A stretch of DNA of 64,000 nucleotides from Candidatus Poribacteria bacterium (GCA_963665235.2 CAXXLX010000001.1:1760001-1824000); one strand, 5' to 3'; positions 30,879 through 40,879 are shown, counted from the stretch's first letter. Numbers and translations are program-made. The notes: generated from the sequence alone by a model not told the origin.

Positions 30879-31325
30879 CTATTGCCATAACCATCTTTTC
30901 AATTCGGTTTGCTTTTTCCCTATTGGGCCGTCCGCGACAACAGATTCCGTAGACGTTGGAATCAAATCCTGCAAACCCTCAAATACCTTCAGGTAGGTTT
31001 TTCCAAGCACAAAACAGATTGAAGTGTAGTTGGTTCGTAAAATGTCTGAAAACGTTCTTTTGATGTGCGACTGCAACTTGACGACGCGTGACAAGTTCAT
31101 TTTTTGGTCATAAAATTCGGTTTGGAAATCCGCTGGGATAAGTCCATAGGCAGCAGATAAGATGTAGACATCTAATTGCCTTGCCTCTCCTGGACACTCA
31201 CGAAGAAAGCGACGTAAGACGAAAAACAGAGGGCCGTTGTACCGCTCAATTGCGGGTAACGGTTCATCAGAAGTATGTTTCCGCTGTGAGCAAGAGAGAA
31301 TAAGTAACCGTCGTTCACAGTTCAT
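30879..31325 (-). CDS. YaaA-like / DUF6884-type protein
   Basis: LLILSCSQRK, PAIERYNGPLF, ILSAAYGLI and YDQKM motifs. Confidence 0.75.
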   Translation of the reverse strand: MNCERRLLILSCSQRKHTSDEPLPAIERYNGPLFFVLRRFLRECPGEARQLDVYILSAAYGLIPADFQTEFYDQKMNLSRVVKLQSHIKRTFSDILRTNYTSICFVLGKTYLKVFEGLQDLIPTSTESVVADGPIGKKQTELKRWLWQ

Positions 31326-31436
31326 AGCACCTCTTTAAGTTCAAAACGATAAACTGCATCTACAGATATTATACACCAAACGAATCAATTTTTCAAGGAA
31401 AACAGGATATTTTCTGCGAAATCAAATCTGTCTTGC

Positions 31437-32279
31437 CTAAAACCTTGCCTTCAGTGCGCCCCAGACGATGGTCAATTTCTCGGCAGGTTCAATGTTGAGG
31501 CCGATTTTAGATTTGAAATTACGCATCACTTCGGGCGCGGTGAGTGGACGGTTGTATATGCGAACCTCATCAATAGTACCGGGGAAAAATCGCTCCACTT
31601 TGCCGCGATTGTTCGCTGCACCGATATAGACAGGTTCAACAAACGGCGCGAAGGAGTCTAACTTCTTCTCTTTTCCAACAATAACCTCTTGCGATTCGCC
31701 ATCCATGTAGATATCGATTTTGGGTTTTGCTGCGTCTGTAATTGCAAAAACAACATGATGCCATTTTCCATCCGATAGCGGGAATTCAATTTGAACGGCA
31801 ATATCATTACATCCGGCAGCAGATTTTTGGCGGACATAGTAGTGAACAACATCTTCGGCGAACAGAAATCCGGCTTTTGCACTACGGTTGACATCAATTG
31901 CCCATGCCATATTACAGCCTGCATCAAGCACTTTGAAGAGGGTCGTCCAATCGTTTTTAAAATCGGTTTTGACCCACGCCTCAAATGTTGATTTGCCGAC
32001 CTGACTTCCGAAGTCGCCGAGGTTTGTTAAGTTAACGTAATCTTCTGCTCCATCAAATTCTAAGGCATCGCCTACCTGTCCAGTGACAATTTTTGGCTCG
32101 CCAACGATTGTGCCGTCGTTGTTTCCCCAGACATCTTTGACTGTGTTATCTGTAATATCCTGTTCGTCAAATGTCCAATAACTTACGAGTCCATCGGTTA
32201 CAATTGTCTGAGCAGTGGCGTTAAAAACGACCGGGGCAATAATCATCAGAAACGTAAGAAGATAGCGCAATTTTTTCAT
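31437..32279 (-). CDS. Secreted LamG-like jellyroll protein
   Basis: DGLVSYWTFD, DGKWHHVV, IDEVRIYNRPL; C-terminal KLTIVWGALKAR. Confidence 0.9.
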   Translation of the reverse strand: MKKLRYLLTFLMIIAPVVFNATAQTIVTDGLVSYWTFDEQDITDNTVKDVWGNNDGTIVGEPKIVTGQVGDALEFDGAEDYVNLTNLGDFGSQVGKSTFEAWVKTDFKNDWTTLFKVLDAGCNMAWAIDVNRSAKAGFLFAEDVVHYYVRQKSAAGCNDIAVQIEFPLSDGKWHHVVFAITDAAKPKIDIYMDGESQEVIVGKEKKLDSFAPFVEPVYIGAANNRGKVERFFPGTIDEVRIYNRPLTAPEVMRNFKSKIGLNIEPAEKLTIVWGALKARF

Positions 32280-32553
32280 GAGTATACTCCTTGGAAATAC
32301 GGTTTGTGTAAAATATTTTTAACGATTATACCATTTTTTACGGTGTTCTGCAATATATAATTTTGGCGGGGGAGGGGAATCGCGTGCACAGCACGCGATT
32401 GAGGAGCGGAGGGAATGCATCCGTTCCAAGAATATTATACCATTTTTATTAATTATTCTATCATTACCGGTTGTTAGAAATGAAACGGAGAACGGAAGAC
32501 ACAAACTGGAAGTTTATGCTACAAGAAAGAGACATTTTCAATTAGAAATGGTA

Positions 32554-33435
32554 TTATCTTGCCTTTAGTGCACCCCATACCGTGGATAACTTCTGGGTAG
32601 GTTGAACAGCGAGACCGATTTTGGACCTGAAATTGCGAAGGACTTCCGCGTCACTGAGCGCACGATTGTAAACCCTTACTTCATCCATACTTCCCTGAAA
32701 AAATTCTCGTGCCTTCCCATTATGGTTGACAGCCCCGAGGTAGATAGGCAGCGTATACGGCGTAACATCGTTACGATTAAGTCCGCGCCCTTTCCACCTT
32801 CTGACCTGATTGCCATCTATATAGAGGACTGTTTCTCCCAACCTCGGTCCAGGTGTATCTGCAAACATCGAGCCTCTTACATAAACAATATGATGCCATT
32901 TCCCATCTGAAATTGGGTGCCGAAATGCAGATGAGCTGCCGCCACCACATTCACCTTCTCCCCGATCAAGGAGTATGATATCCTTCCATTTAATAACTGG
33001 AGCCCCTCGCTCTATTTCACCGCGCGTAGCATTGATCAGAATCCCAGAACCCCGGTCCGAGTCACCTATGTCACACTCAGTAATCTTGTAAATTGCGGTC
33101 CAATATCCCTTATAGCTGGTTTTGAGCCAAACTTCAAAAGAATAGGGACCGAGTTGCTGGCTAAAATTGCCGAGATTTTCCAAAATCACATAATCCCCAA
33201 GACCACCAAGCTCGAGGGCTTCCCTTAGATAACCAACGGTTATTTCCGGATTGCCCTTAATCACAGCATCGTTTTCACCCCAAACATCTCTAGCGATTTT
33301 ATCGTCAATATCGTGTCGGTCGAAAGTCCAATAACTGACCAACCCATCGGTCACAATATCTCCAGCAGGTGCCTCGACAGGAAACAGAAAGATAACTACC
33401 GTGAACGTTAGGAAGTAGCCCAGCTTTTTCATCAC
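32554..33435 (-). CDS. Secreted LamG-like jellyroll protein (paralog)
   Basis: Same motifs; C-terminal KLSTVWGALKAR. Confidence 0.9.
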   Translation of the reverse strand: MMKKLGYFLTFTVVIFLFPVEAPAGDIVTDGLVSYWTFDRHDIDDKIARDVWGENDAVIKGNPEITVGYLREALELGGLGDYVILENLGNFSQQLGPYSFEVWLKTSYKGYWTAIYKITECDIGDSDRGSGILINATRGEIERGAPVIKWKDIILLDRGEGECGGGSSSAFRHPISDGKWHHIVYVRGSMFADTPGPRLGETVLYIDGNQVRRWKGRGLNRNDVTPYTLPIYLGAVNHNGKAREFFQGSMDEVRVYNRALSDAEVLRNFRSKIGLAVQPTQKLSTVWGALKAR

Positions 33436-33621
33436 AAATTCTCCTTTTGTGCAGATGTGTTTACGGTATATGCAATTTTTATGCCAGCATCCGAGCCTAC
33501 GCCTTATACAGATTTGCTAGTTGCACAACCGATAATTTGCACGAAAAGGGACATTTTCTGTTTCGCGCTGCACGAAAAAGGACATTTTCTGTTTCAGACG
33601 ATGAACCGGATGTTCCTGAAT

Positions 33622-34407
33622 TTAACAAGCACCCAATTCTTTTAGAATGCGGTTGACTACCTGTTTCTGTTGTCCACGAACTGCGGGCTGTTCCAACTCG
33701 TAGACCTCATCCGAAATCATATCTCTATGGGATTCTATCGGTAGGCCACCGTGTGTACCGTTATCAATGTACCGGTTGAATACGGTAAAACGGGGATACG
33801 TCTCTGTCCAACGTCTTGCCCCGTGATAGAGTGCTTCCGTGAAGATGACACAATCGCCTGCATTGACAGGCACGTTGATTACTGTGGGGGGGCCGTCGTA
33901 AATTGAGAGCGTGTCGGGGGGTTCAAAGTTACGCTTGTGACTCCCGGGTAGGCAGACGAAACCGGTGTCTTGTGGCACGTCAACTAGTGAGGTGGCGGCG
34001 TTAAGAAATCCTGCATGGGGTTCGGATTCTTCGATGCCGTAGTCCTTGCCAGAAGCGTGGAAACCGATGTCATCGGAGGTCGTGTAGTTTTTAGTTAGGG
34101 CACAGTCGACGAGGCAAGGCGTGGCACGTGTGAGCGCGATGATGACGCGCATAATTTCTACGTTGAGCACTAACCGCTGGAAGACTTCATCGCCGTATTG
34201 CACATGATTAATCCAATGGGCAATAGTGGGCGAAGTGTTGCCACGCTTCGACGTAGAGGTTAGTGGCGAGGGTAATTCGGCTAGCGGCATGTCGTGCCAT
34301 CGGTTACCCAATTCAATCATCAGTTGGATATCTTCGGGTGGGACAACTTGGCGTAGGATAATGAAGCCGTGGTGGTCGAAAAACCATTTTTCTTCAGGTG
34401 TGAGCAT
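33622..34407 (-). CDS. Phytanoyl-CoA dioxygenase (PhyH) family Fe/2OG enzyme
   Basis: FFDHHGFIIL, LPGSHK, AGDCVIFTEALYHG. Confidence 0.85.
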   Translation of the reverse strand: MLTPEEKWFFDHHGFIILRQVVPPEDIQLMIELGNRWHDMPLAELPSPLTSTSKRGNTSPTIAHWINHVQYGDEVFQRLVLNVEIMRVIIALTRATPCLVDCALTKNYTTSDDIGFHASGKDYGIEESEPHAGFLNAATSLVDVPQDTGFVCLPGSHKRNFEPPDTLSIYDGPPTVINVPVNAGDCVIFTEALYHGARRWTETYPRFTVFNRYIDNGTHGGLPIESHRDMISDEVYELEQPAVRGQQKQVVNRILKELGAC

Positions 34408-35026
34408 GCTGATTCCTTTCAAGCCATGTGTTGAATTCTGCTATGGATGTAACCTTCTCTGTAAGAACTGCCCGATAGACTGCCATGCTGTTATAGACAT
34501 CTCCACGGTAATCGGGCCGTTGACAGATAGCATGTTTGATACGTAGAATTGCAAGGCGGTCTGCCTGCTGGAGTTGGCGGTGCAGGGTGTTAAATTCAGC
34601 GATATGTGTTCGGTAATCCGCTTCGCCATATCCCCACAAATCAATTTTCCACTCGCGTTCAGCATAATTGAGCCGAATTCCCCAGTAAAGCCCATGGTCA
34701 AACCCTGGGAAGTTCCGAATAAAGTGGTTTGAATACGACATCTTTGTTACCTGAAACTTCGTTGCGATTTTTTTGCCGATTTCACAGAAAAGTTCAACAT
34801 CCTGTTCATGCGGCAGTTCTAGGCTAATATCAAGGTCGGGCCATGTCATCGTATCCAACGTATAGCTGCCGATGACCTGAGTGGGACAGCGGAGTTTAAG
34901 CATCAGGAGCAAGCCATCTCTATAAAGGAGTTGGTTTGCTTCTTGCCGTAGCAAACGTGAATGGGCGACAATCTCTTTATCGTTCATAGATAATTCCTCT
35001 GAGTAGCGGCAAGTGTGTTGGTTCAC
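34394..35026 (-). CDS. Hypothetical protein, nucleotidyltransferase-like
   Basis: IGSY...PDLDI and WKIDLW motifs resemble the Pol-beta NTase GS/DxD/D pattern. Confidence 0.55.
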   Translation of the reverse strand: MNQHTCRYSEELSMNDKEIVAHSRLLRQEANQLLYRDGLLLMLKLRCPTQVIGSYTLDTMTWPDLDISLELPHEQDVELFCEIGKKIATKFQVTKMSYSNHFIRNFPGFDHGLYWGIRLNYAEREWKIDLWGYGEADYRTHIAEFNTLHRQLQQADRLAILRIKHAICQRPDYRGDVYNSMAVYRAVLTEKVTSIAEFNTWLERNQHAHT

Positions 35027-35754
35027 GCGAAATACGGTTCGGGGTTTCGCTCCACTTCTGTGAGTAGGGTGTCAATGTATGTCTTAATGTGAAACAGGCG
35101 GCAGTCTGAATCTCCCACCTTTCCTTGGTTCAAATTGCCGAGTGCATCCCAAAATGCACCGAGTTTCGGACGGTTTAAGCCGATAAATGTTGCGTTTGCA
35201 TCATCGAGGAGCTGTCTATTCCAATGAATCACCTCAACGAGATGAATATAGGTTGAAGTCTGATAATCTACACCGAGCATCAGAAGTTTGGCATCCGCTT
35301 TGTAGGCGCGGAACATCGGTGAGTGTGTGCCGTAGGTTTTTCCCCAAGGCGGGTAATCCCATGGGGATTGATACCCGTCCTGTCGAAGATGGTCAGCGAC
35401 AAACGTTTTGGCACCGCGTCCACGCGCAGCAACAGCATGTGAATAGTGGTCGGAACGATAGGTGCCGGGCATCTGCCGAAAAAATTCTGTCAACCACCCT
35501 ACGGTGGATGGTGTGTTATCAACATCCCAGGATGCCACGCGTTCTTCACGACTCGGTAAAAGGTTGAAAGTAGGCATCAAAATCAAACCGTTTTGTCCGA
35601 GGATTTCTTCCAGTGCAGCAATAACTGTGCCTGCCCCGCCATCAACGGGCCCCAAGCTTTTGAAGGACGAATGGATAAAGAGGGTGTCCGCTTTCCCAAC
35701 GCCGAGGTCGGTAAAATCTTGAATGAGTTTTTGACGTGTGGACGGTATTTTCAT
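35023..35754 (-). CDS. AAC(3) family (Antibiotic_NAT) N-acetyltransferase
   Basis: HSSFKSLG, LMPTF, RSDHYSH, LMLGV...TYIHLVE. Confidence 0.88.
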   Translation of the reverse strand: MKIPSTRQKLIQDFTDLGVGKADTLFIHSSFKSLGPVDGGAGTVIAALEEILGQNGLILMPTFNLLPSREERVASWDVDNTPSTVGWLTEFFRQMPGTYRSDHYSHAVAARGRGAKTFVADHLRQDGYQSPWDYPPWGKTYGTHSPMFRAYKADAKLLMLGVDYQTSTYIHLVEVIHWNRQLLDDANATFIGLNRPKLGAFWDALGNLNQGKVGDSDCRLFHIKTYIDTLLTEVERNPEPYFA

Positions 35755-36921
35755 TTAAACCGCTCCATATTTTTGTAATAACCGAACTATTTCCGCGCTG
35801 TCTGTTCTTCGCAACTGCTGTGCAACCTGTAGCGGTGCTAATCCTTTCCTATTTTTAGTATTCGGGTTCGCCCCTTGAATGAGGAGTGTTTCTAGGGCGG
35901 TCCGCTGCTTTTCACGATTTTTTATTGTGGAGCGGATTGCCTCAAACAGCGCGGTTTCGCCATCATTACCGACAGCGTCAATCGCCGCCCCTTTTTTTAT
36001 AAGGAGGCTGATAACATTGATAAAACCTGCCTTTGCTGCATAATGCAGGGCAGTTTTCCCTTTGCTATTCCGAACGTCTATATCCGCACCGAGTTTGAGA
36101 AGTCGTTCAACTTCCTCTGGGTGTTCCCCCTTGTCGCCGCGGCATGCGTAAACGAGTGGGGGCCACCCCATACCGTTCCTGGCGTTTATATCTCTGGGCG
36201 GAACACCGTGTGCCTTGAGGAGTCGGCTCATTTCGGAATTGTCATCGTAGATGTGTGGGGCTTCGTCCGGATTCGCGCCGTTTTCAAATAACAACCTGAC
36301 AATGTCTACCCGCCCTTCCGAAACCGCGTGATCAAGTAGAAGTTCACTGTGCGGTTCAATTGTCGCCCCGCTCATGATAAGCAATGCAACAATATCTATA
36401 TTACCTCCGACGATGGCATAACAGAGCGGTGTTGCCCACTCCTCGTATCGATGCTCAACTGTTATCGGGCCGCCTGATGGTAACATTACAGATTGAAGGT
36501 ATCCGGTATTGACAAGACTCTCATCGCTATCAAGGCATGCGCGTGCTGTCTCGTAATCGCCGAGGTAGGCGGCAGTATGGATGTCAACCTTCGCGCCGTG
36601 TTCAAGCAGATATTCCGCCACCGCGTCACGTCCTTCGTGCCGTGCGACACAGTAGGGGGTTATCTCAAGCGCGTGCCTGCTGAGATGGCACCCGGGAAGG
36701 TGGACATCGGCACCCCGCGCCACTAAAAATTCAACGACAGGCAACTTTCCGCGATAGGCGGCTTCCCATAACATGGTTCTGCCGTGTGAGCCGATGGTGT
36801 GAATCCACTCTGGTTTGACATCTAGCAGGTATTGCACAACGTCAAGGTCGCCTCGGCCTGCTGCGGCGACAACGATTTTAAGGAAATCGCTCTGTTTTCC
36901 TGTGAGTTGGACGGTTGCCAT
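35755..36921 (-). CDS. Ankyrin-repeat protein
   Basis: Repeats such as GRTMLWEAA, GKTALHYAA, GETALFEA. Confidence 0.9.
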   Translation of the reverse strand: MATVQLTGKQSDFLKIVVAAAGRGDLDVVQYLLDVKPEWIHTIGSHGRTMLWEAAYRGKLPVVEFLVARGADVHLPGCHLSRHALEITPYCVARHEGRDAVAEYLLEHGAKVDIHTAAYLGDYETARACLDSDESLVNTGYLQSVMLPSGGPITVEHRYEEWATPLCYAIVGGNIDIVALLIMSGATIEPHSELLLDHAVSEGRVDIVRLLFENGANPDEAPHIYDDNSEMSRLLKAHGVPPRDINARNGMGWPPLVYACRGDKGEHPEEVERLLKLGADIDVRNSKGKTALHYAAKAGFINVISLLIKKGAAIDAVGNDGETALFEAIRSTIKNREKQRTALETLLIQGANPNTKNRKGLAPLQVAQQLRRTDSAEIVRLLQKYGAV

Positions 36922-36935
36922 TCATACCCCCTATC

Positions 36936-37670
36936 TCAATTGGTTTCTATGACACGCGGTCGTCCGCCGATGGAGGGTGGCAGCAACATCCGTTTCTGCT
37001 GTTCTGTCAACTCGCCGTATCTGCTGATGTCATAGTAATTCCCTGACCACGCTGAATGGCCCGGGCTATATTTGTATAACAGGGCGCGACGTTGGTTTGC
37101 AGCTTTCCACGGCATTGTGCCGTGCACAAGTGCTTCGGTGAAAAATAGCACATCTCCCGCTTCAAGGGCCGGTTGGACAACATAATGCACTGGACGTTGA
37201 AAGCTGCGAACGTCTGACGGGATTTCTTTCAGGAAATTGCTTTTATGGCTTCCCGGAATACATGCGAATCCGCCTGCACCTTCGGGTGCTGGTGCCAAGT
37301 TGTATGTCATTACGCACAAGCCGTTGCGCATGATGCCGTCCCGATACTTATACCAGTGGTCGCCTTCGGGACCGCCCGGTCTTCCGCCATCTTCGCCACC
37401 GTGTAAACGGCCCCGTCCATCGCCACTGTTCATGAATATAGGATAATCGTGGTCAAGGCGTACATTCGGTCCCAGCATCTCAACGAGATAGGGCAGGATT
37501 GTGGGATGGTCAATCAGCCGTTTAAACGGGTCACCCCAGAGACTCGGCGGGCCATTCATGTCCCCGTTGTCAATAAAGGCGTTCATTTCAGCCAATTCGG
37601 CCTCGGTTAGCACGTTCTTTATGATGAGATAGCCTTCTAGGTCTACTGTAAATTTTTCTTCACCTGTCAT
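36936..37670 (-). CDS. PhyH family Fe/2OG enzyme
   Basis: GYLIIKNVL, LHGG, IPGSHK, EALVHG, RRALLYKY. Confidence 0.88.
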   Translation of the reverse strand: MTGEEKFTVDLEGYLIIKNVLTEAELAEMNAFIDNGDMNGPPSLWGDPFKRLIDHPTILPYLVEMLGPNVRLDHDYPIFMNSGDGRGRLHGGEDGGRPGGPEGDHWYKYRDGIMRNGLCVMTYNLAPAPEGAGGFACIPGSHKSNFLKEIPSDVRSFQRPVHYVVQPALEAGDVLFFTEALVHGTMPWKAANQRRALLYKYSPGHSAWSGNYYDISRYGELTEQQKRMLLPPSIGGRPRVIETN

Positions 37671-37696
37671 GAGAGAAATTCCTTCTGTTGTAATGT

Positions 37697-38434
37697 TTAC
37701 GGGTTTTTGTCAAGAACCGGTGGTCTTCTACCGATAGAAGGAGGCATAAGCAACCGTCTCTGCTGTTCTGTCAACTCACCGTATTTACTGATGTCGTAGT
37801 AATTTCCGGACCACGCGGAGTGTCCGGGGCTATATTTATAGAGTAGGGCACGCCGCTGATGTTCTGCCTGCCACGGCATCGTGCCGTGAATGAGGGCCTC
37901 GGTGAAAAATAGCACATCTCCCGCTTCAAGCGCAGGTTGGACGACATAATGTGCGGGCCTCTCAAAGTTTCGTACGTCCTGCGGGATTTCCGGTACAAAG
38001 TTGCTCTTATGGCTCGCTGGAATGCATGCGAACCCACCTGCACCTTCCGGTGCGTCTGTCAAATTATACGTCATCACAGAGAGTCCGTTACGTATGATAC
38101 CGTCACGGTATTTGTACCAATGATCGCCGACGTGTCCGCCGGGTCTGCCGCCATCCTCGCCGCCGTGTAATCTGCCCCGTTTTTCCCCTTGCTTCATAAA
38201 CAGCGAGTAATCGTGGTCTAGTCGGACATGGGGCCCTAGTAATTCAATGAGATAGGGCAAGATTTTGGGGTGGTCAATCAGCCGTTTAAACGGTTCACCC
38301 CAGAGACTCGGTGAGCCTTGAGTGTTACCTTCATCGATAAAGGCGTTCATTTCAGCCACTTCATCAGGGGTCAACACGTTCTTTATGATGAGATAGCCTT
38401 CAAGGTCTACCTGAAATTTTTCTTCGCCTGTCAT
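37697..38434 (-). CDS. PhyH family Fe/2OG enzyme, recent tandem paralog
   Basis: Nearly colinear with 36936-37670; start MTGEEKF at 38434. Confidence 0.88.
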   Translation of the reverse strand: MTGEEKFQVDLEGYLIIKNVLTPDEVAEMNAFIDEGNTQGSPSLWGEPFKRLIDHPKILPYLIELLGPHVRLDHDYSLFMKQGEKRGRLHGGEDGGRPGGHVGDHWYKYRDGIIRNGLSVMTYNLTDAPEGAGGFACIPASHKSNFVPEIPQDVRNFERPAHYVVQPALEAGDVLFFTEALIHGTMPWQAEHQRRALLYKYSPGHSAWSGNYYDISKYGELTEQQRRLLMPPSIGRRPPVLDKNP

Positions 38435-38608
38435 GTATGGAAACTCCTTTGGAGATGTGCGGTTTTTGCTCTTGTGAAAATGATAACATATTTGTTGAGG
38501 GGATGTCAAAGTCAAATGGGAATGGAAGGGTGGAAGAGTGGAAGGATGGATTTGGCGTGTGTGTTGACTATCTCGTCAACTTTTTTTTGGCGAAGGTATT
38601 GTTATTTA

Positions 38609-39097
38609 TCACTCATAACATTCCAGCACCCAAGATTCCAAAGCACCAAAAATTCTGTCCGCTTCCGTTTGGATATCTTGAAGTTTGTTATATGCGTTCC
38701 CCCGCGTCCGTGAAACGATGGTAATCTTCAGTTTCTGCTCGGCAATCCAGTTAAGCAATCTTTGTTGCACCAAGTTTTCTACGGCTTCGCGGTATGCCGG
38801 ACTATCAATTTGGAACATCCTCACCGGTGTAAATCGGACAGCTACAAACTCAACTTTCTCCAGCGGTACCTCTTCGTAGTGATAAAGATCGGAAAGACGT
38901 TGAAGGTAGGTATTGCCATACGTATCAGACAAGTGTTGGGTGAGCCTACCCAGGGGCCCTGCCTTTGCTCGTGTCTGTCCGACGTAAAGCGTTGCATGAT
39001 TTTCCAGAATTCCGTAAATCGTATACAAAAACTGGCTTTGTTTCGCGGTTGTAGCATCGAAAATTGTTGCCAGCACATGTTCCACAGCATCTCTCAT
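38609..39097 (-). CDS. GIY-YIG-like nuclease
   Basis: TIYGI...LYVGQT...RLTQH...E motif; ATGA overlap with the GHKL gene. Confidence 0.6.
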   Translation of the reverse strand: MRDAVEHVLATIFDATTAKQSQFLYTIYGILENHATLYVGQTRAKAGPLGRLTQHLSDTYGNTYLQRLSDLYHYEEVPLEKVEFVAVRFTPVRMFQIDSPAYREAVENLVQQRLLNWIAEQKLKITIVSRTRGNAYNKLQDIQTEADRIFGALESWVLECYE

Positions 39098-40800
39098 ACG
39101 TCCGCCAAAAAGTCTGTTAGATTAAGCCTACGGATAATATCTAAAAGCGTTCCCCCAACCTGCTCTCGATACTCTGCCATAATTTCCTCAATTTCATCAT
39201 CATCGTGTTCTGATTTATAAACGAGGTCGTACTCACCTCTGGCAATTGCGAAGAAGAGAATGTCTATTATCTTCAGTAGATTACCGTTCTCCGAAACAGT
39301 CTCCAAAATGTTTCGGCAAAAACTGTGCGATCTATTGACTCGGACGATGAGTCCATGCGTTGGGTCGTGGGCTCTTTCCCACAGTTGGTTATTTTCTAGC
39401 GTATCAACATAGAGCACGCGATCTCCCGTTTTGTCAATCTGCTGTTTGTCTTCAGTAGTTATCGGTTTTGCACTAACGGCTTTTGTGCGGCGTTGTTTCA
39501 ACTGCTCTCTTTCGTCGGAAGGGGCAACTTCCTCATCCCGTTTCTGTTCATCGTCTTGAAGGCGTGAAATCCGATTTAATTCCTGATTTGCTGTATCGTG
39601 TTGGCTTTGTGTGGATGCCCCTACTGTAACGCGATGCGCGGTTTTCCAAGCAGTTCGGCTCTTTTTTACCGCATCCGGAATTACAGATTCAAGATGGTCT
39701 TGGGCAAGCTCCGAAAGATGGATACGACTTTTCGTGACATCAATGTTTAAAATGTCATCAGCATCGCTGTTGATTAGCAACCGACCACGAAAGGCGTATA
39801 AGTCTTGATCTTGCGGGACAAAACCGAGACTCTCTGCCCACGAAATCAAACGCCAATTCCGATAAATGTAAAAACCGTAATTCCCGGCTTCAATAAGATA
39901 ATGGGCGCGGCACTGATTTCGACTCATGAGGCCTTTCCGCTGTACGCTCGGTGGATGCGGAAGTTGTGTTATCTCAACTCGCGCAGATGTCATGCCAGTG
40001 GGGTCAAGTTGAATCGCTTGTGACTTTGTAATCCACTTTGGGTGAAGACCATTCCACCTATGCTCGTTTAAATCCGCGTTATCAGTGTCAATTTCATCTA
40101 CAAATAGTGGATCGATAGGGACAACATCATCATCGTCAATTGCCAACGAGAGGCATCCAGATCCTTCAGCGATGCCTTTCAAATAGTAATAATAGATGAC
40201 ACCCGCTTTACGTTTTAAGCCATCAACAATTTCAGGAGCACGGGGTAAAGAATCAGTCCGTAACTTAGTAATGCGGATTAACGTCCCAGATTTTCCTTGT
40301 GCACATACATCTAACGCTTTTAAATCTTCTGGTGTGGGAGGGATTAAGTCGTAAACATATTCCCCTGTTTCAACAATTGAATCTTGATCCAACACAACTT
40401 TGCGGACGTTATCTAAGTCATCTTCAGAACGGGATACGATTTCAAGTCGCTTCCCTAGTGATGCTGTAGCAGTCTTCAAGCCCATCCCAAATTTGGAAAG
40501 CGTGTTTTCAGGATATAGTTCAGATGAGGATCCTAAGGTAAGCGCGTTCGCTAGCCCCTTTTCATCCATACCGCAACCGTTATCTGTAATGACAAACGAT
40601 TTTAAAATTGCTTTTGGACGACCGCGTTGCTGTTTTTGTTGTTCTTGTCGTTCTTGATTAACTTTGATGGCAACATAAGTCGCGCCTGCAGATACTGAAT
40701 TGTCTACAAGGTCCAATAAGGCAGATACTGGAGCGTATCCTATGCGTCCTAAAGCTTGAAATACACGTACGGCATCCCAATTCCCATCTTTTCTGATCAT
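39094..40800 (-). CDS. GHKL (MORC/HATPase_c_3-like) ATPase
   Basis: DLVDNSV, DNGCGM, SKFGMGLKTA, GTLIRI and S5-like GFYIYRN...DVTKS motifs. Confidence 0.85.
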   Translation of the reverse strand: MIRKDGNWDAVRVFQALGRIGYAPVSALLDLVDNSVSAGATYVAIKVNQERQEQQKQQRGRPKAILKSFVITDNGCGMDEKGLANALTLGSSSELYPENTLSKFGMGLKTATASLGKRLEIVSRSEDDLDNVRKVVLDQDSIVETGEYVYDLIPPTPEDLKALDVCAQGKSGTLIRITKLRTDSLPRAPEIVDGLKRKAGVIYYYYLKGIAEGSGCLSLAIDDDDVVPIDPLFVDEIDTDNADLNEHRWNGLHPKWITKSQAIQLDPTGMTSARVEITQLPHPPSVQRKGLMSRNQCRAHYLIEAGNYGFYIYRNWRLISWAESLGFVPQDQDLYAFRGRLLINSDADDILNIDVTKSRIHLSELAQDHLESVIPDAVKKSRTAWKTAHRVTVGASTQSQHDTANQELNRISRLQDDEQKRDEEVAPSDEREQLKQRRTKAVSAKPITTEDKQQIDKTGDRVLYVDTLENNQLWERAHDPTHGLIVRVNRSHSFCRNILETVSENGNLLKIIDILFFAIARGEYDLVYKSEHDDDEIEEIMAEYREQVGGTLLDIIRRLNLTDFLADV

Positions 40801-40879
40801 CTTTCCCTCTTATTTTTGTAACACTGCTATACGAGTGGAAATTATTGAGTTCCCCACGAATGAAATTTTTCCCAGCATC

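Noticed and set aside
33539-33596. Two 26-nt direct repeats GCACGAAAA(G/A)GGACATTTTCTGTTTC
   Set aside because: Only two copies and no supporting context; likely a local duplication.
35023-35754. Bona fide aminoglycoside resistance gene
   Set aside because: Family membership only; there is no mobile resistance context and the substrate is unknown.
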